In this document: positions 18,885 through 27,484 of the stretch, one piece after another
Position numbering within the stretch: position 1 is the first letter of the stretch
Layout: each line of letters starts with the position of its first letter
NCBI GenBank assembly: GCA_964631685.1
Contig: CAZVZU010000005.1
Span: 77,079-141,078, forward strand
Source: an uncultured Actinomycetes bacterium
GTDB lineage: Bacteria > SZUA-79 > Acidulodesulfobacterales > Acidulodesulfobacteraceae
Length of the DNA: 64,000 bases
Direction: 5' to 3'
Translations under genes and position numbers: made by a program
Notes under the pieces: model-generated
Told to the model about the DNA's origin: nothing
What the model saw: the letters and a program-made list of their open reading frames with translations, nothing else
Databases searched by the model: none

Positions 18885-20048
18885 ATGATTCAAAAAGCCA
18901 TACTCATAGGTATCAATAAAGCATTTGAAGGTAAAGGCAGGGAGAAAAGCGAGGATTCGCTTAAAGAGCTTGCTTTATTGGCAGAAACGGCCGGTGCCAC
19001 TAGTGCAGGCGAGGTTTTAAAAACGGTTAAGAGGATTGATCCCGCTTATTATTTATCCAAGGGAATGATTGAAGAGATTAAAGAGCTGACAATTACAAAC
19101 ACGGCGGATTTAGTGATTATAGATGTTAACTTGAGCCCAGCCCAAGAAAGGAATATGTCGGAGTACATGGGCGTGAATGTGATAGACAGGACAAGGTTAA
19201 TTCTAGATATATTTGCCATGCGGGCGGGAACAGCCGAGAGCAAGTATCAGGTAGAGCTTGCGATGCTAAATTATGTTTTGCCTAGGCTTAAGGGGATCGG
19301 CACTATGCTTTCGAGAACAGGAGCCGGTATAGGAACAAGGGGTCCGGGAGAAACTAAATTAGAAACAGATAGGAGAAAGATAAGGCAAAGAATATCCTAC
19401 ATAAAAAATAAGCTTAAATTGGCTGAGAAAACAAGAATTCTACATAGGGCTACAAGGAAAAAACATGCTTTGCCGATAGCAACACTTGTTGGCTATACTA
19501 ATTCAGGAAAAACAACCTTGCTAGCCGCTTTGACCGGAAAAGGTAAGGGTGGAGAAAATAGGCTTTTTGCTACGCTTGGAACAAAAATGGCGTCTATTTA
19601 TGATGTACGTGATAAAAGGAAGGTTATAATATCAGATACGGTTGGTTTCATCCAAAACTTACCACCATTCTTGGTTAAATCATTTAAGTCAACCCTTGAA
19701 GAGGCGGTTTGTTCGGATGTTCTGATACATGTCGTGGATCCTATTCAAGAAGATGCTTTGTATAAATTAGAAGAAGTTGTGAAGATACTAGATTCTATTG
19801 GTGTGAATGAAAAAAAGACGATATTAGTTTTAAATAAGATAGATATGTTAACCCCTGAACACGTGAAATTTTTGCAGAACAAACTGGAACAGCTCACGGG
19901 TAATGTCGTGATACCTATTTCTGCAAAAACGGGTGATAACATTGGTGTGCTGAAGGAAAAAATATTTAACGCGATGCCATCTCCGCGCAGGTACGGAAAA
20001 TCCCGGCTATATTCTAGGTATGAACAAGCTTCAGATACAGAGCGGTAA
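18885..20048 (+). CDS. hflX: GTPase HflX
   Basis: LILDIFA, GIGTRGPGETKLETDRR, GYTNSGKT, LFATL, DTVGF, NKID. Confidence 0.95.
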   Translation: MIQKAILIGINKAFEGKGREKSEDSLKELALLAETAGATSAGEVLKTVKRIDPAYYLSKGMIEEIKELTITNTADLVIIDVNLSPAQERNMSEYMGVNVIDRTRLILDIFAMRAGTAESKYQVELAMLNYVLPRLKGIGTMLSRTGAGIGTRGPGETKLETDRRKIRQRISYIKNKLKLAEKTRILHRATRKKHALPIATLVGYTNSGKTTLLAALTGKGKGGENRLFATLGTKMASIYDVRDKRKVIISDTVGFIQNLPPFLVKSFKSTLEEAVCSDVLIHVVDPIQEDALYKLEEVVKILDSIGVNEKKTILVLNKIDMLTPEHVKFLQNKLEQLTGNVVIPISAKTGDNIGVLKEKIFNAMPSPRRYGKSRLYSRYEQASDTER

Positions 20049-20063
20049 TTAGGAGGGTATACT

Positions 20064-20645
20064 ATGAAAAACGGAGTTTATCGTATTTCCATAATGATAT
20101 TTTTGATTTTTACCTTATCTGTTTATATTGTAGGTTGCGCTTATAATCCGGCAAGTATTACCATTAATGAACCGCTCACAAGTTTTAAATATAAAAAGGT
20201 CGAAATAGACAAACTTATAAAGAATCGTAATCTGAGAATGGCGTCAATTTATCTTAATAAAATGATTAGTAATAATGACCATTTTTTTTATGCTTATCTG
20301 CATTTGGCGGTAATTGGTGCAATGTTCGGTGATAAAAAAAGATGTACTAAATATCTATCGCTGTCTAAAAGCTATATTCATTCAAGGCAGGACAAATTAG
20401 AATATCTTTTTTATAAAATAAAAATTAATTTAATAAATAGACAGAAGGGTTATTTTGACTCATCAATGGAAATTATTTCCAAGTTAAAAGAAAACGGAGC
20501 TAATGTAGGGCGGCTTAATTACTATGAGGGTTTATTGTTTTTTTATCATGGCGATTTCTCAAGTGCATTAAAATTCTTTAAAACGGTAGTAAAACTAAAT
20601 TCAAGCTATAAGAGGTATGCTAAAAATGCGATTAACAAGATCTAA
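20064..20645 (+). CDS. Hypothetical lipoprotein with TPR-like helices
   Basis: GGAGG RBS; signal peptide ending IVG-C lipobox; YYEGLLFFYHGDFSSALKFF TPR-like helix pair. Confidence 0.55.
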   Translation: MKNGVYRISIMIFLIFTLSVYIVGCAYNPASITINEPLTSFKYKKVEIDKLIKNRNLRMASIYLNKMISNNDHFFYAYLHLAVIGAMFGDKKRCTKYLSLSKSYIHSRQDKLEYLFYKIKINLINRQKGYFDSSMEIISKLKENGANVGRLNYYEGLLFFYHGDFSSALKFFKTVVKLNSSYKRYAKNAINKI

Positions 20646-21339
20646 TAAATTTTTGCCAATTTTATTTATATTTATTTTTTTATATCTACTTTTAAGTGTT
20701 TTTTTGAAAAATGGTTACGCTTTAAATATAAAAGTGGAAACATATGTCGTGACTCCGGATAATAGCGGCGGAGAATTACAATCTGTAGCTATAAGTAAAG
20801 CGCTTAAGTTAGCTCTAAAAAAAGCTGTAAGTAAATTAATAGGTGAGCAAATGACTTTAAATAAAGATAATAGTGATATGATAGAAATAATAAATAAAAG
20901 TATTTTTTCTAATAAGATGAAATATATTTACTCGTTTAAGATTATAAAAGCAAAAGGCTATCTCAATCTTTATTATATTAATATAAATGTTTCAATTAGA
21001 GAGAAGGAGCTGAGGAGCCGGCTTGAAGATTTAGGATTTAATGTTGTCAAAAATATTTCAGTAGATCAGGCTGTCAAGTATAATACCTATTACATTAAAT
21101 TTATGGGTAAATACAAGTATGCCGATTCCAATAAATTACAAAAATTAATGATTAAGTACTCTAAGCACTTAAAAAACCTCTATGTATCATCTTTTTCGGT
21201 TAATTTTGTGGAGATTAAGATTTTATATTACGGAAGTATTATAAGGCTCTTAAAAAGTGTGAAGAGTAAAGTAAAAACATACTTAGACGCCGATGTATAT
21301 CCGGTTAAAGGGGGCGTGATAGTCGTTGATGTTAATTAA
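20617..21339 (+). CDS. Hypothetical exported protein
   Basis: Long ORF overlapping the upstream gene; N-terminal hydrophobic segment; no family recognised with confidence. Confidence 0.5.
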   Translation: MLKMRLTRSNKFLPILFIFIFLYLLLSVFLKNGYALNIKVETYVVTPDNSGGELQSVAISKALKLALKKAVSKLIGEQMTLNKDNSDMIEIINKSIFSNKMKYIYSFKIIKAKGYLNLYYININVSIREKELRSRLEDLGFNVVKNISVDQAVKYNTYYIKFMGKYKYADSNKLQKLMIKYSKHLKNLYVSSFSVNFVEIKILYYGSIIRLLKSVKSKVKTYLDADVYPVKGGVIVVDVN

Positions 21340-21341
21340 TA

Positions 21342-23039
21342 TCACGCACAACAAGAAAGCTTAGATACATCCTTCGTAAACGTCTGTGCGCAAAGCTTTA
21401 GGCTCTCTGCCATAGTTGGATAGACCCCTATTTCTCTGCCAATTCTTTCAACGGTGTAGTTATTTTGTATATATACGGATGCTTGCTGGATAGTTTCGGA
21501 AGAGTTATGGGCAAGTATATGTATCCCTAAAACCTTATCTGTTTCTTTTTCTGCTATCATCTTAACAAGCCCCTCAGTTTTGAATATTGCTTGTGCCTTG
21601 GGTGTATAACTAATGGGGAACAAGGCTTTTTTAATATTATAACCGGCTTTTACGGCTTGTTCCTCTGTGAATCCTACGGAAGATAGTTCGGGATCGGTAA
21701 AGGTTGCATGTGCAATAGTCAAATAATTAGTTTTTGTATGCGCGTTGTCCAAGAGATTATTCGCGGCAATCTTGCCTTCATAGGCTGCCGTAGTTACAAA
21801 AAACCATTTTCCCGCGATATCTCCTGCAGCATAGATATGATCTGCTGATGTTTTTAATTCATTATTTACTTCGATAAAACCGTTTTCGTCCGATTTCACT
21901 CCGGCTGCGGTTAGATTAAGCTCGGCAGAATTACCTATGACCCCGGTTGCCATCAAAAATTCGTCAAATTCAATGATTTCTACGCCATTTTTAGTTTCTA
22001 ACTCGGCATATTTCCGATCATCCTTTTTATACAGTTTTTTAATTTTGGAATTCAATAATATTTCTATACCTTCTTTACGCAGGATATTTTCAAGCTCTTT
22101 AGAAATTTCAGGCTCTTCGTTTAATGCTACCCTGTCCGCCCTGCCAACCATAACAACCCTTGAACCAAATCTGCTGAACATTTGTGCAAATTCGAGAGCA
22201 AGCGCTCTTGTCCCTTGTATCAAAAGAGTTTTTGGAATATATTTGATATTTAACAGTTCGTCATTTGTTATATAACCCGTATCCTCAAGGCCGGAAATAT
22301 TCATTATTCTACTTTTAGAGCCAGTAGCTATTATAAATTTTTCAGATGAAACAGTATACGGCTGTTCTGTTGTATTAACCGGCATTATCTCGATCCTGTT
22401 TTTTGAGATAAATTTACCGGTTCCATTTATGAATTTTATTTGAGGGTATCCTTCTAGTACATTGTAATATTTTATCTGCCTTAAGGTCGTTAAGAGAATA
22501 TCCTTTTCTTTGACGAGTGACTTTATATCTATAGATTTTTGTTTCACATCAATACCTTTATATTTATTGCACAAGGGTTCGTGGAATATCCTAGCGGCTT
22601 CTATTAAATGTTTGGACGGCACACAACCCCTATTAAGGCATGTACCTCCTATAACCCGGTTTTCAATGACGCATACCCTAAGGTTTTTTTCGGCGGCATA
22701 AATGGCAGACGAAAAAGCGGCGGAACCCCCTCCCAAAATAATAAGATCAAAATCGTAGCTGCTCGCGCTCAAAGCGTTCTTATGAGGTATCTTATCGTTA
22801 TTTGTACCTGGATCTCCAATGTCCGAGATCTCATATGCACCCGGCGCGTAACCGGCGCTGAGGATAGATGAGATGATTGTCTTGATATGAAGATTGTTAT
22901 CTGTAACTATGTGTGATTTATTCTCGGTTAGAACGGTATCGATGCTTTGAACACCTGAGACACTGCCTATGTATTTGTTTATCTTTGCGACGCAATGTTC
23001 GCACGTCATACCATTTACTTCAATATCTATTCCTTTCAT
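21342..23039 (-). CDS. merA: Mercuric reductase
   Basis: N-terminal HMA domain GMTCEHC, redox motif GGTCLNRGCVPSK, YPTMAE, C-terminal LSCCA; GGAGG RBS. Confidence 0.95.
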   Translation of the reverse strand: MKGIDIEVNGMTCEHCVAKINKYIGSVSGVQSIDTVLTENKSHIVTDNNLHIKTIISSILSAGYAPGAYEISDIGDPGTNNDKIPHKNALSASSYDFDLIILGGGSAAFSSAIYAAEKNLRVCVIENRVIGGTCLNRGCVPSKHLIEAARIFHEPLCNKYKGIDVKQKSIDIKSLVKEKDILLTTLRQIKYYNVLEGYPQIKFINGTGKFISKNRIEIMPVNTTEQPYTVSSEKFIIATGSKSRIMNISGLEDTGYITNDELLNIKYIPKTLLIQGTRALALEFAQMFSRFGSRVVMVGRADRVALNEEPEISKELENILRKEGIEILLNSKIKKLYKKDDRKYAELETKNGVEIIEFDEFLMATGVIGNSAELNLTAAGVKSDENGFIEVNNELKTSADHIYAAGDIAGKWFFVTTAAYEGKIAANNLLDNAHTKTNYLTIAHATFTDPELSSVGFTEEQAVKAGYNIKKALFPISYTPKAQAIFKTEGLVKMIAEKETDKVLGIHILAHNSSETIQQASVYIQNNYTVERIGREIGVYPTMAESLKLCAQTFTKDVSKLSCCA

Positions 23040-23060
23040 AAATACCTCCCCCTAAATTAT

Positions 23061-23453
23061 TTATAATTTTAAAATATCTAAAATAGGGCACTTCCTATTA
23101 TTATTATTTTCTTCTTCGCACAATAATATAAGGGATAAAAGTTCCTTGCGCATAAGGTTTAAAGAATTAATCTTTTTATCCATTTCATACACTTTTTCCT
23201 CAGCTAATTTTTTTACGTTCAAACATGTGTTGTATTTATTGTTGTCTAAATAAAAAAGTTTGGCAATCTGTTTTAAAGAAAAACCAATATTCTTTGCATG
23301 TCTTATAAAGCGTAAGATATTAACAGCTTTTTCTGGATATATCCTATAGCCAGATTCATTGACGTAAGGTTTGTTGATTAGGCCTATGCGCTCATAATAT
23401 CTGATGGTCTGGGTGTTTAAACCAACCACTTTGGCTAATTGTCCGATTGTCAT
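23061..23453 (-). CDS. merR: Hg(II)-responsive MerR-family regulator (start ATG 23453 or GTG 23462, not 23516)
   Basis: MTIGQLAK..TIRYYERIGL..GYR.Y HTH; three C-terminal Cys (..TC.., ..LC.., ..CPIL) as in MerR; the longer ORF start overlaps the promoter. Confidence 0.85.
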   Translation of the reverse strand: MTIGQLAKVVGLNTQTIRYYERIGLINKPYVNESGYRIYPEKAVNILRFIRHAKNIGFSLKQIAKLFYLDNNKYNTCLNVKKLAEEKVYEMDKKINSLNLMRKELLSLILLCEEENNNNRKCPILDILKL

Positions 23454-23480
23454 ATTCTGCACTTTTAACGTAATAATCTT

Positions 23481-23512
23481 ATTATAAACCTTATACTGCG
23501 GTATAAGGTCAA
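23481..23512 (-). promoter_or_regulatory. MerR-type promoter/operator
   Basis: Minus strand TTGACC(23512-23507)-20 bp-TATAAT(23486-23481), with dyad ACCTTATAC-N4-GTATAAGGT at 23488-23509. Confidence 0.9.
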
Positions 23513-23521
23513 GCATTGTAT

Positions 23522-23986
23522 CTAAAAGATATGAAATATATTCTTAAAAGAGGTGACTGCCATAACATTTAAATAAAAATTAAGAATCGCATAGATGAAT
23601 ATGCTGACAAAAAGTGGGATAAAGAAAAATAAAAAAATATTTCTTTCTTTTTTGTATATTAAGCCGAGTGTAAGCGAGATCATTGGCGTTCCGATAAACA
23701 TCTGTCCCACAAAAAGACCTATAACAGACCCGTATTTCAAAACGTAATCCTGAGCTTTTTTAGTCCTTTTAAAATTAGATAATCTACCGAATAACTTTAA
23801 CGATTTTAATCTAAGCCCAATAAAGAATAAAATTGAACACACAAGTGTTTCGGACACAATTATGAGCGAAATACTAAGGAGAGGATTTAGTTTATTGGAT
23901 ACGGCATATAAAGTAGAGACATATTTTCCTACAGCCACATTGATTGTGATCAATATAAGATATTTGTAAAAAATTGATTGTAACAT
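23522..23986 (-). CDS. Hypothetical integral membrane protein
   Basis: About four hydrophobic segments; KYG..GLF.G..FIG pattern reminiscent of small multidrug-export/DedA-like proteins. Confidence 0.55.
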   Translation of the reverse strand: MLQSIFYKYLILITINVAVGKYVSTLYAVSNKLNPLLSISLIIVSETLVCSILFFIGLRLKSLKLFGRLSNFKRTKKAQDYVLKYGSVIGLFVGQMFIGTPMISLTLGLIYKKERNIFLFFFIPLFVSIFIYAILNFYLNVMAVTSFKNIFHIF

Positions 23987-24136
23987 GAGTTTTAAAATAA
24001 TATTAATGTGATGAAGGTGTGATTGCCTTCTAACGTATTTTGTTTTCGGTATTTTTTTGGTATAATCATAACTATAAATTATATATTTAATAAGGCGTAA
24101 AATAAACTAAAATTTATAATTTTGGTATTGTTAAAA

Positions 24137-24475
24137 ATGTATTGTTTTGCTCCAATTTCAGATATGTTTGAAACTGCAGAATCTATCGTTATACAGGTGG
24201 AGCTTGTAGGGGTCAGCAAGGAAGATATCAATATAACGCTCACAAACAGTCGCATTGAGGTTAGCGGTATAAAAAGACGCAAAGGAATTACAGGAAACGA
24301 AAGTTTTCAACGAATGGAAAGACCGTTTGGTTTTTTTAAAAGAGTTTTTGATTTACCTGATACTATAAATGCCAATTCCACTACGGCCTCATTCAATGAC
24401 GGACTACTTGAGATAGTTGTGCTCAAAAGAAGTATCAGGGATAGCTTTACTTTATCAAGTATTGATATTGAATAG
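24137..24475 (+). CDS. Small heat-shock protein (Hsp20/alpha-crystallin); start uncertain (24122 TTG or 24137 ATG)
   Basis: P..D.FE...ELVGVSKEDI..SG..ERPFGFFKRVFDLP..ASFNDGLLEI. Confidence 0.85.
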   Translation: MYCFAPISDMFETAESIVIQVELVGVSKEDINITLTNSRIEVSGIKRRKGITGNESFQRMERPFGFFKRVFDLPDTINANSTTASFNDGLLEIVVLKRSIRDSFTLSSIDIE

Positions 24476-24580
24476 TTATAGCCGATAACCTTGCTGTACT
24501 GTAATATATTGATGGTATTAGATTTGGGTTGTGATAAAAGTGGTGAGAATACAATAATTTGACTGAGGGTAAAATTTATT

Positions 24581-26911
24581 ATGTTCAATTTAGATAATTA
24601 TGAGGATAAGCTATCAGAAAGCGGATATAGAGTTCTTACCATCTCTATCGAAGAGTCTAAACGAAGAAAACATTACTATGTCGGGCCTGAACATATGCTC
24701 TACGCTTTAACGGTAGTCGACAGTGAACTTTTGGATGAAATATTTTTAGATTTAAAGGTAGATAAAGGAAAAGTTTTAAAGTTATTGAATGATTTTATGA
24801 TGTCATCGGAGCAATACGTCGGTGAAGGTCTAAAAATACCCATTCAGACAAGAAATTTATTTAAAAGCGCTTATGATTATGCCCAAAGTTCTGGTAGGAA
24901 TTTGATAGATTCGACCGATTTTCTTATGGTTATGTTCAGGGAGTCAAACTCTGTTCCGGTTAAAGTTTTTAAGGGTCTTAATATTGATTCTGTGATAATT
25001 GCAGACAAGATTTTTCAAAAAATTAGGGAAAGAAAAAATAGAAGTGACGAAAACAAAAGAAAATACGATTTGCCTTATACGTTGCGTCAGCATGCCATAA
25101 ATCTTAGTAAACTTGCCGTTATGGATAAGTTGTCATTAGTTTTTGGTAGAGAAAAAGAGATCGCGAGGGTTATGGAAATATTGTGTCACATCGATAGGCC
25201 CAATTCAGCCATTATAGTAGGCGAGCCGGGTGTGGGTAAAACCGCAATAGTAGAAGGGCTTGCAAGAAAAATAGAACTTGAGCCCTATAACGTACCCCCG
25301 AGGCTCAGGAACAAAATTATCATAAATCTTCAAATGAATTCTTTGGTAGCGGGTACAGTATTCAGGGGGATGTTTGAGGATAGGCTGGAGAAAATTATAA
25401 ACGAATTGAAGTCCAGGAAAAATATAATAGTTTTTATTGACGAGGTCCATTCTATAATAGGTGCCGGTTCTGCTATTGCCGTTCCAAGTGATGCTGCTAA
25501 TATATTAAAGTCATCTCTAGCGAGAGGGGAAGTGCAGATAATAGGGGCGACCACGTTGTCAGAATACAAAGAGTTTATAGCGGAAGATGAGGCACTGGCT
25601 CGTCGTTTTCGGCTTGTCAATGTGAGGGAGCCCTCAATCAGTGATACTAAGAGGATTCTCTACGGATTAAAAAGAAGATTTGAAAATACCTATAATGTTG
25701 AAATAGAAGATTCTGCAATAGAGGAATCCATGTTGTTATCCAATCGATATGCGAGATCGTTAAGGTTGCCGGATAAGGTTATAGAGTGGATAGACTCCGG
25801 GTGTGTTAAAGCGGAAATTTACAATGACGATAGGGTTGTTAAGAAGGAAAATATATACCAAGTTATCTCTCAAGAAGCGAATATTCCTATAGATTTAATT
25901 AAACGAGATATACTTGAAAGATTCCAAAATATGGAAGAGTTTTTCTCGAAACGGATTGTCGGACAAAAAGAGGCCGTGGATTCTCTTGCAAAACATATAA
26001 GGGTGAACAAGGGGCCGCTTAAAGGGAATTTTGACAGACCAGATGCAGTACTTCTTTTTCTTGGCCCTACGGGGGTGGGCAAAACAGAGACGGCAAAGGT
26101 AATGGCAGAGTATATGTTCGGTTCCGGCAGAAATATTATAAGGGTTGATATGTCCGAGTATAAGGATGGATCTATCGCGGTAGATAAGCTTATTGGTATG
26201 CCGAGAGGTATCGTTGGTTCCGCAAGAGGAGGAATTTTAACCAATCAGGTTAAAGATAATCCTTATTCTATTATCTTGCTAGATGAAATAGAAAAAGCAA
26301 GTGATCAGGTTTTTAATCTATTTCTCCAAGTTTTTGATGAGGGCTTTCTTACAGATGGCAGAGGAAAAAGGGTTTATTTCTCTGATTCCATTATAATTAT
26401 GACTTCAAATTTGGGTTCCCATGAGTTTGCTAGATTTACAAAGCCGTTGGGCTTTATTGAGTCACACGACGTTGTTAAGTCCATAAGAACTATTATAAAC
26501 AAGGAAATAGAAAATTTTTTTTCGCCTGAGTTTATAAACAGAATTGACGATATTGTTATATTTTCGCCATTAACAAAGAAAGAGGTGAAACAAATAGCTA
26601 AAATGCATATAGATTCAGTTAATAGGGCCATGTTAGAGCGGGGTAAAAATCTAAAGATTACGGATAAAGCATTAAATAAACTTGTTCTGCAGGGTTATAG
26701 TGCTAAATTTGGTGCAAGGTTTTTAAAACGAACGATTGATGATGTTATTAAGGTTCCGTTGACATTGAAATGGAAGGAAGGGGATAGCTTTATAGCAGAT
26801 TTGGTTAGTGGTAAGGTGAGCGTAATTGTGGACAGTAAATGTGAGTCGTCGGTAGAGGACAACGATAAAAATAATAAGAAAAGATACAAGGGGGAGCTTG
26901 GCTATGTTTGA
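24581..26911 (+). CDS. Divergent Hsp100/Clp ATPase (ClpA/ClpC-like, two AAA+ modules, no M-domain)
   Basis: Clp N domain; GEPGVGKT/IDEVH; GPTGVGKT/LLDEIEKA; LGF ClpP-docking-type tripeptide; GARFLKR. Confidence 0.9.
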   Translation: MFNLDNYEDKLSESGYRVLTISIEESKRRKHYYVGPEHMLYALTVVDSELLDEIFLDLKVDKGKVLKLLNDFMMSSEQYVGEGLKIPIQTRNLFKSAYDYAQSSGRNLIDSTDFLMVMFRESNSVPVKVFKGLNIDSVIIADKIFQKIRERKNRSDENKRKYDLPYTLRQHAINLSKLAVMDKLSLVFGREKEIARVMEILCHIDRPNSAIIVGEPGVGKTAIVEGLARKIELEPYNVPPRLRNKIIINLQMNSLVAGTVFRGMFEDRLEKIINELKSRKNIIVFIDEVHSIIGAGSAIAVPSDAANILKSSLARGEVQIIGATTLSEYKEFIAEDEALARRFRLVNVREPSISDTKRILYGLKRRFENTYNVEIEDSAIEESMLLSNRYARSLRLPDKVIEWIDSGCVKAEIYNDDRVVKKENIYQVISQEANIPIDLIKRDILERFQNMEEFFSKRIVGQKEAVDSLAKHIRVNKGPLKGNFDRPDAVLLFLGPTGVGKTETAKVMAEYMFGSGRNIIRVDMSEYKDGSIAVDKLIGMPRGIVGSARGGILTNQVKDNPYSIILLDEIEKASDQVFNLFLQVFDEGFLTDGRGKRVYFSDSIIIMTSNLGSHEFARFTKPLGFIESHDVVKSIRTIINKEIENFFSPEFINRIDDIVIFSPLTKKEVKQIAKMHIDSVNRAMLERGKNLKITDKALNKLVLQGYSAKFGARFLKRTIDDVIKVPLTLKWKEGDSFIADLVSGKVSVIVDSKCESSVEDNDKNNKKRYKGELGYV

Positions 26912-27392
26912 AGATGATAAGGATGCCGTAAAAAATGAAAAAGGTGAGAAACCGTTTAAGTTTATTGATAAAAGGAAATATTCAGAAGATTCAGTAGATT
27001 CTAATGATAAAGAGGGCAAGGTTGAGCAAAAAGATGTCGAAGTAGATGTTTCTTCTACTGAGAAAGATTTAAATTCGGACAAGTCTAACTTGGCTGATAA
27101 AACCGAGGATAATGCGCCAACTGCGGATAAGGTATCGGATATGTCCCAATTTGGAGCTGATTTTTCTACTTTTGTATATTCATTAAATACACAGGTCCTA
27201 CTTTTTTTAGGGAAAATTCCAAATCCTATGACTGGCAAATATGAAAAAGATATCAATATGGCAAAATATCTCATAGATACGATAGATATGCTCTCTAAAA
27301 AAACCAAGGGAAATCTTGATAAAAATGAAGAAAAGCTCATTGAAAATATTCTTTATGATTTAAGGATGGCGTTTGTTTCTGAAAATAAATAA
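26898..27392 (+). CDS. DUF1844-like protein with acidic N-terminal region
   Basis: FSTFVYSL..Q.LL.LG.IPNP..AK..ID..ML..KTKGNL..EE..L..LRM.FV pattern. Confidence 0.75.
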   Translation: MAMFEDDKDAVKNEKGEKPFKFIDKRKYSEDSVDSNDKEGKVEQKDVEVDVSSTEKDLNSDKSNLADKTEDNAPTADKVSDMSQFGADFSTFVYSLNTQVLLFLGKIPNPMTGKYEKDINMAKYLIDTIDMLSKKTKGNLDKNEEKLIENILYDLRMAFVSENK

Positions 27393-27484
27393 TTATTTAC
27401 CTATCCTCGTTTTATTGTTATTTTGTGACACCTGGAGGACGATTTCCTGAACTTATATGAGGATAGAGCTATAATGGAGTGCTT

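Noticed and set aside
23454..23516. N-terminal extension of merR in the ORF track
   Set aside because: It runs through the -35, operator and -10; MerR homology starts at MTIGQLAK.
21342..23986. mer genes as part of a transposon
   Set aside because: No transposase, resolvase, integrase or terminal inverted repeats seen here or elsewhere in the window.
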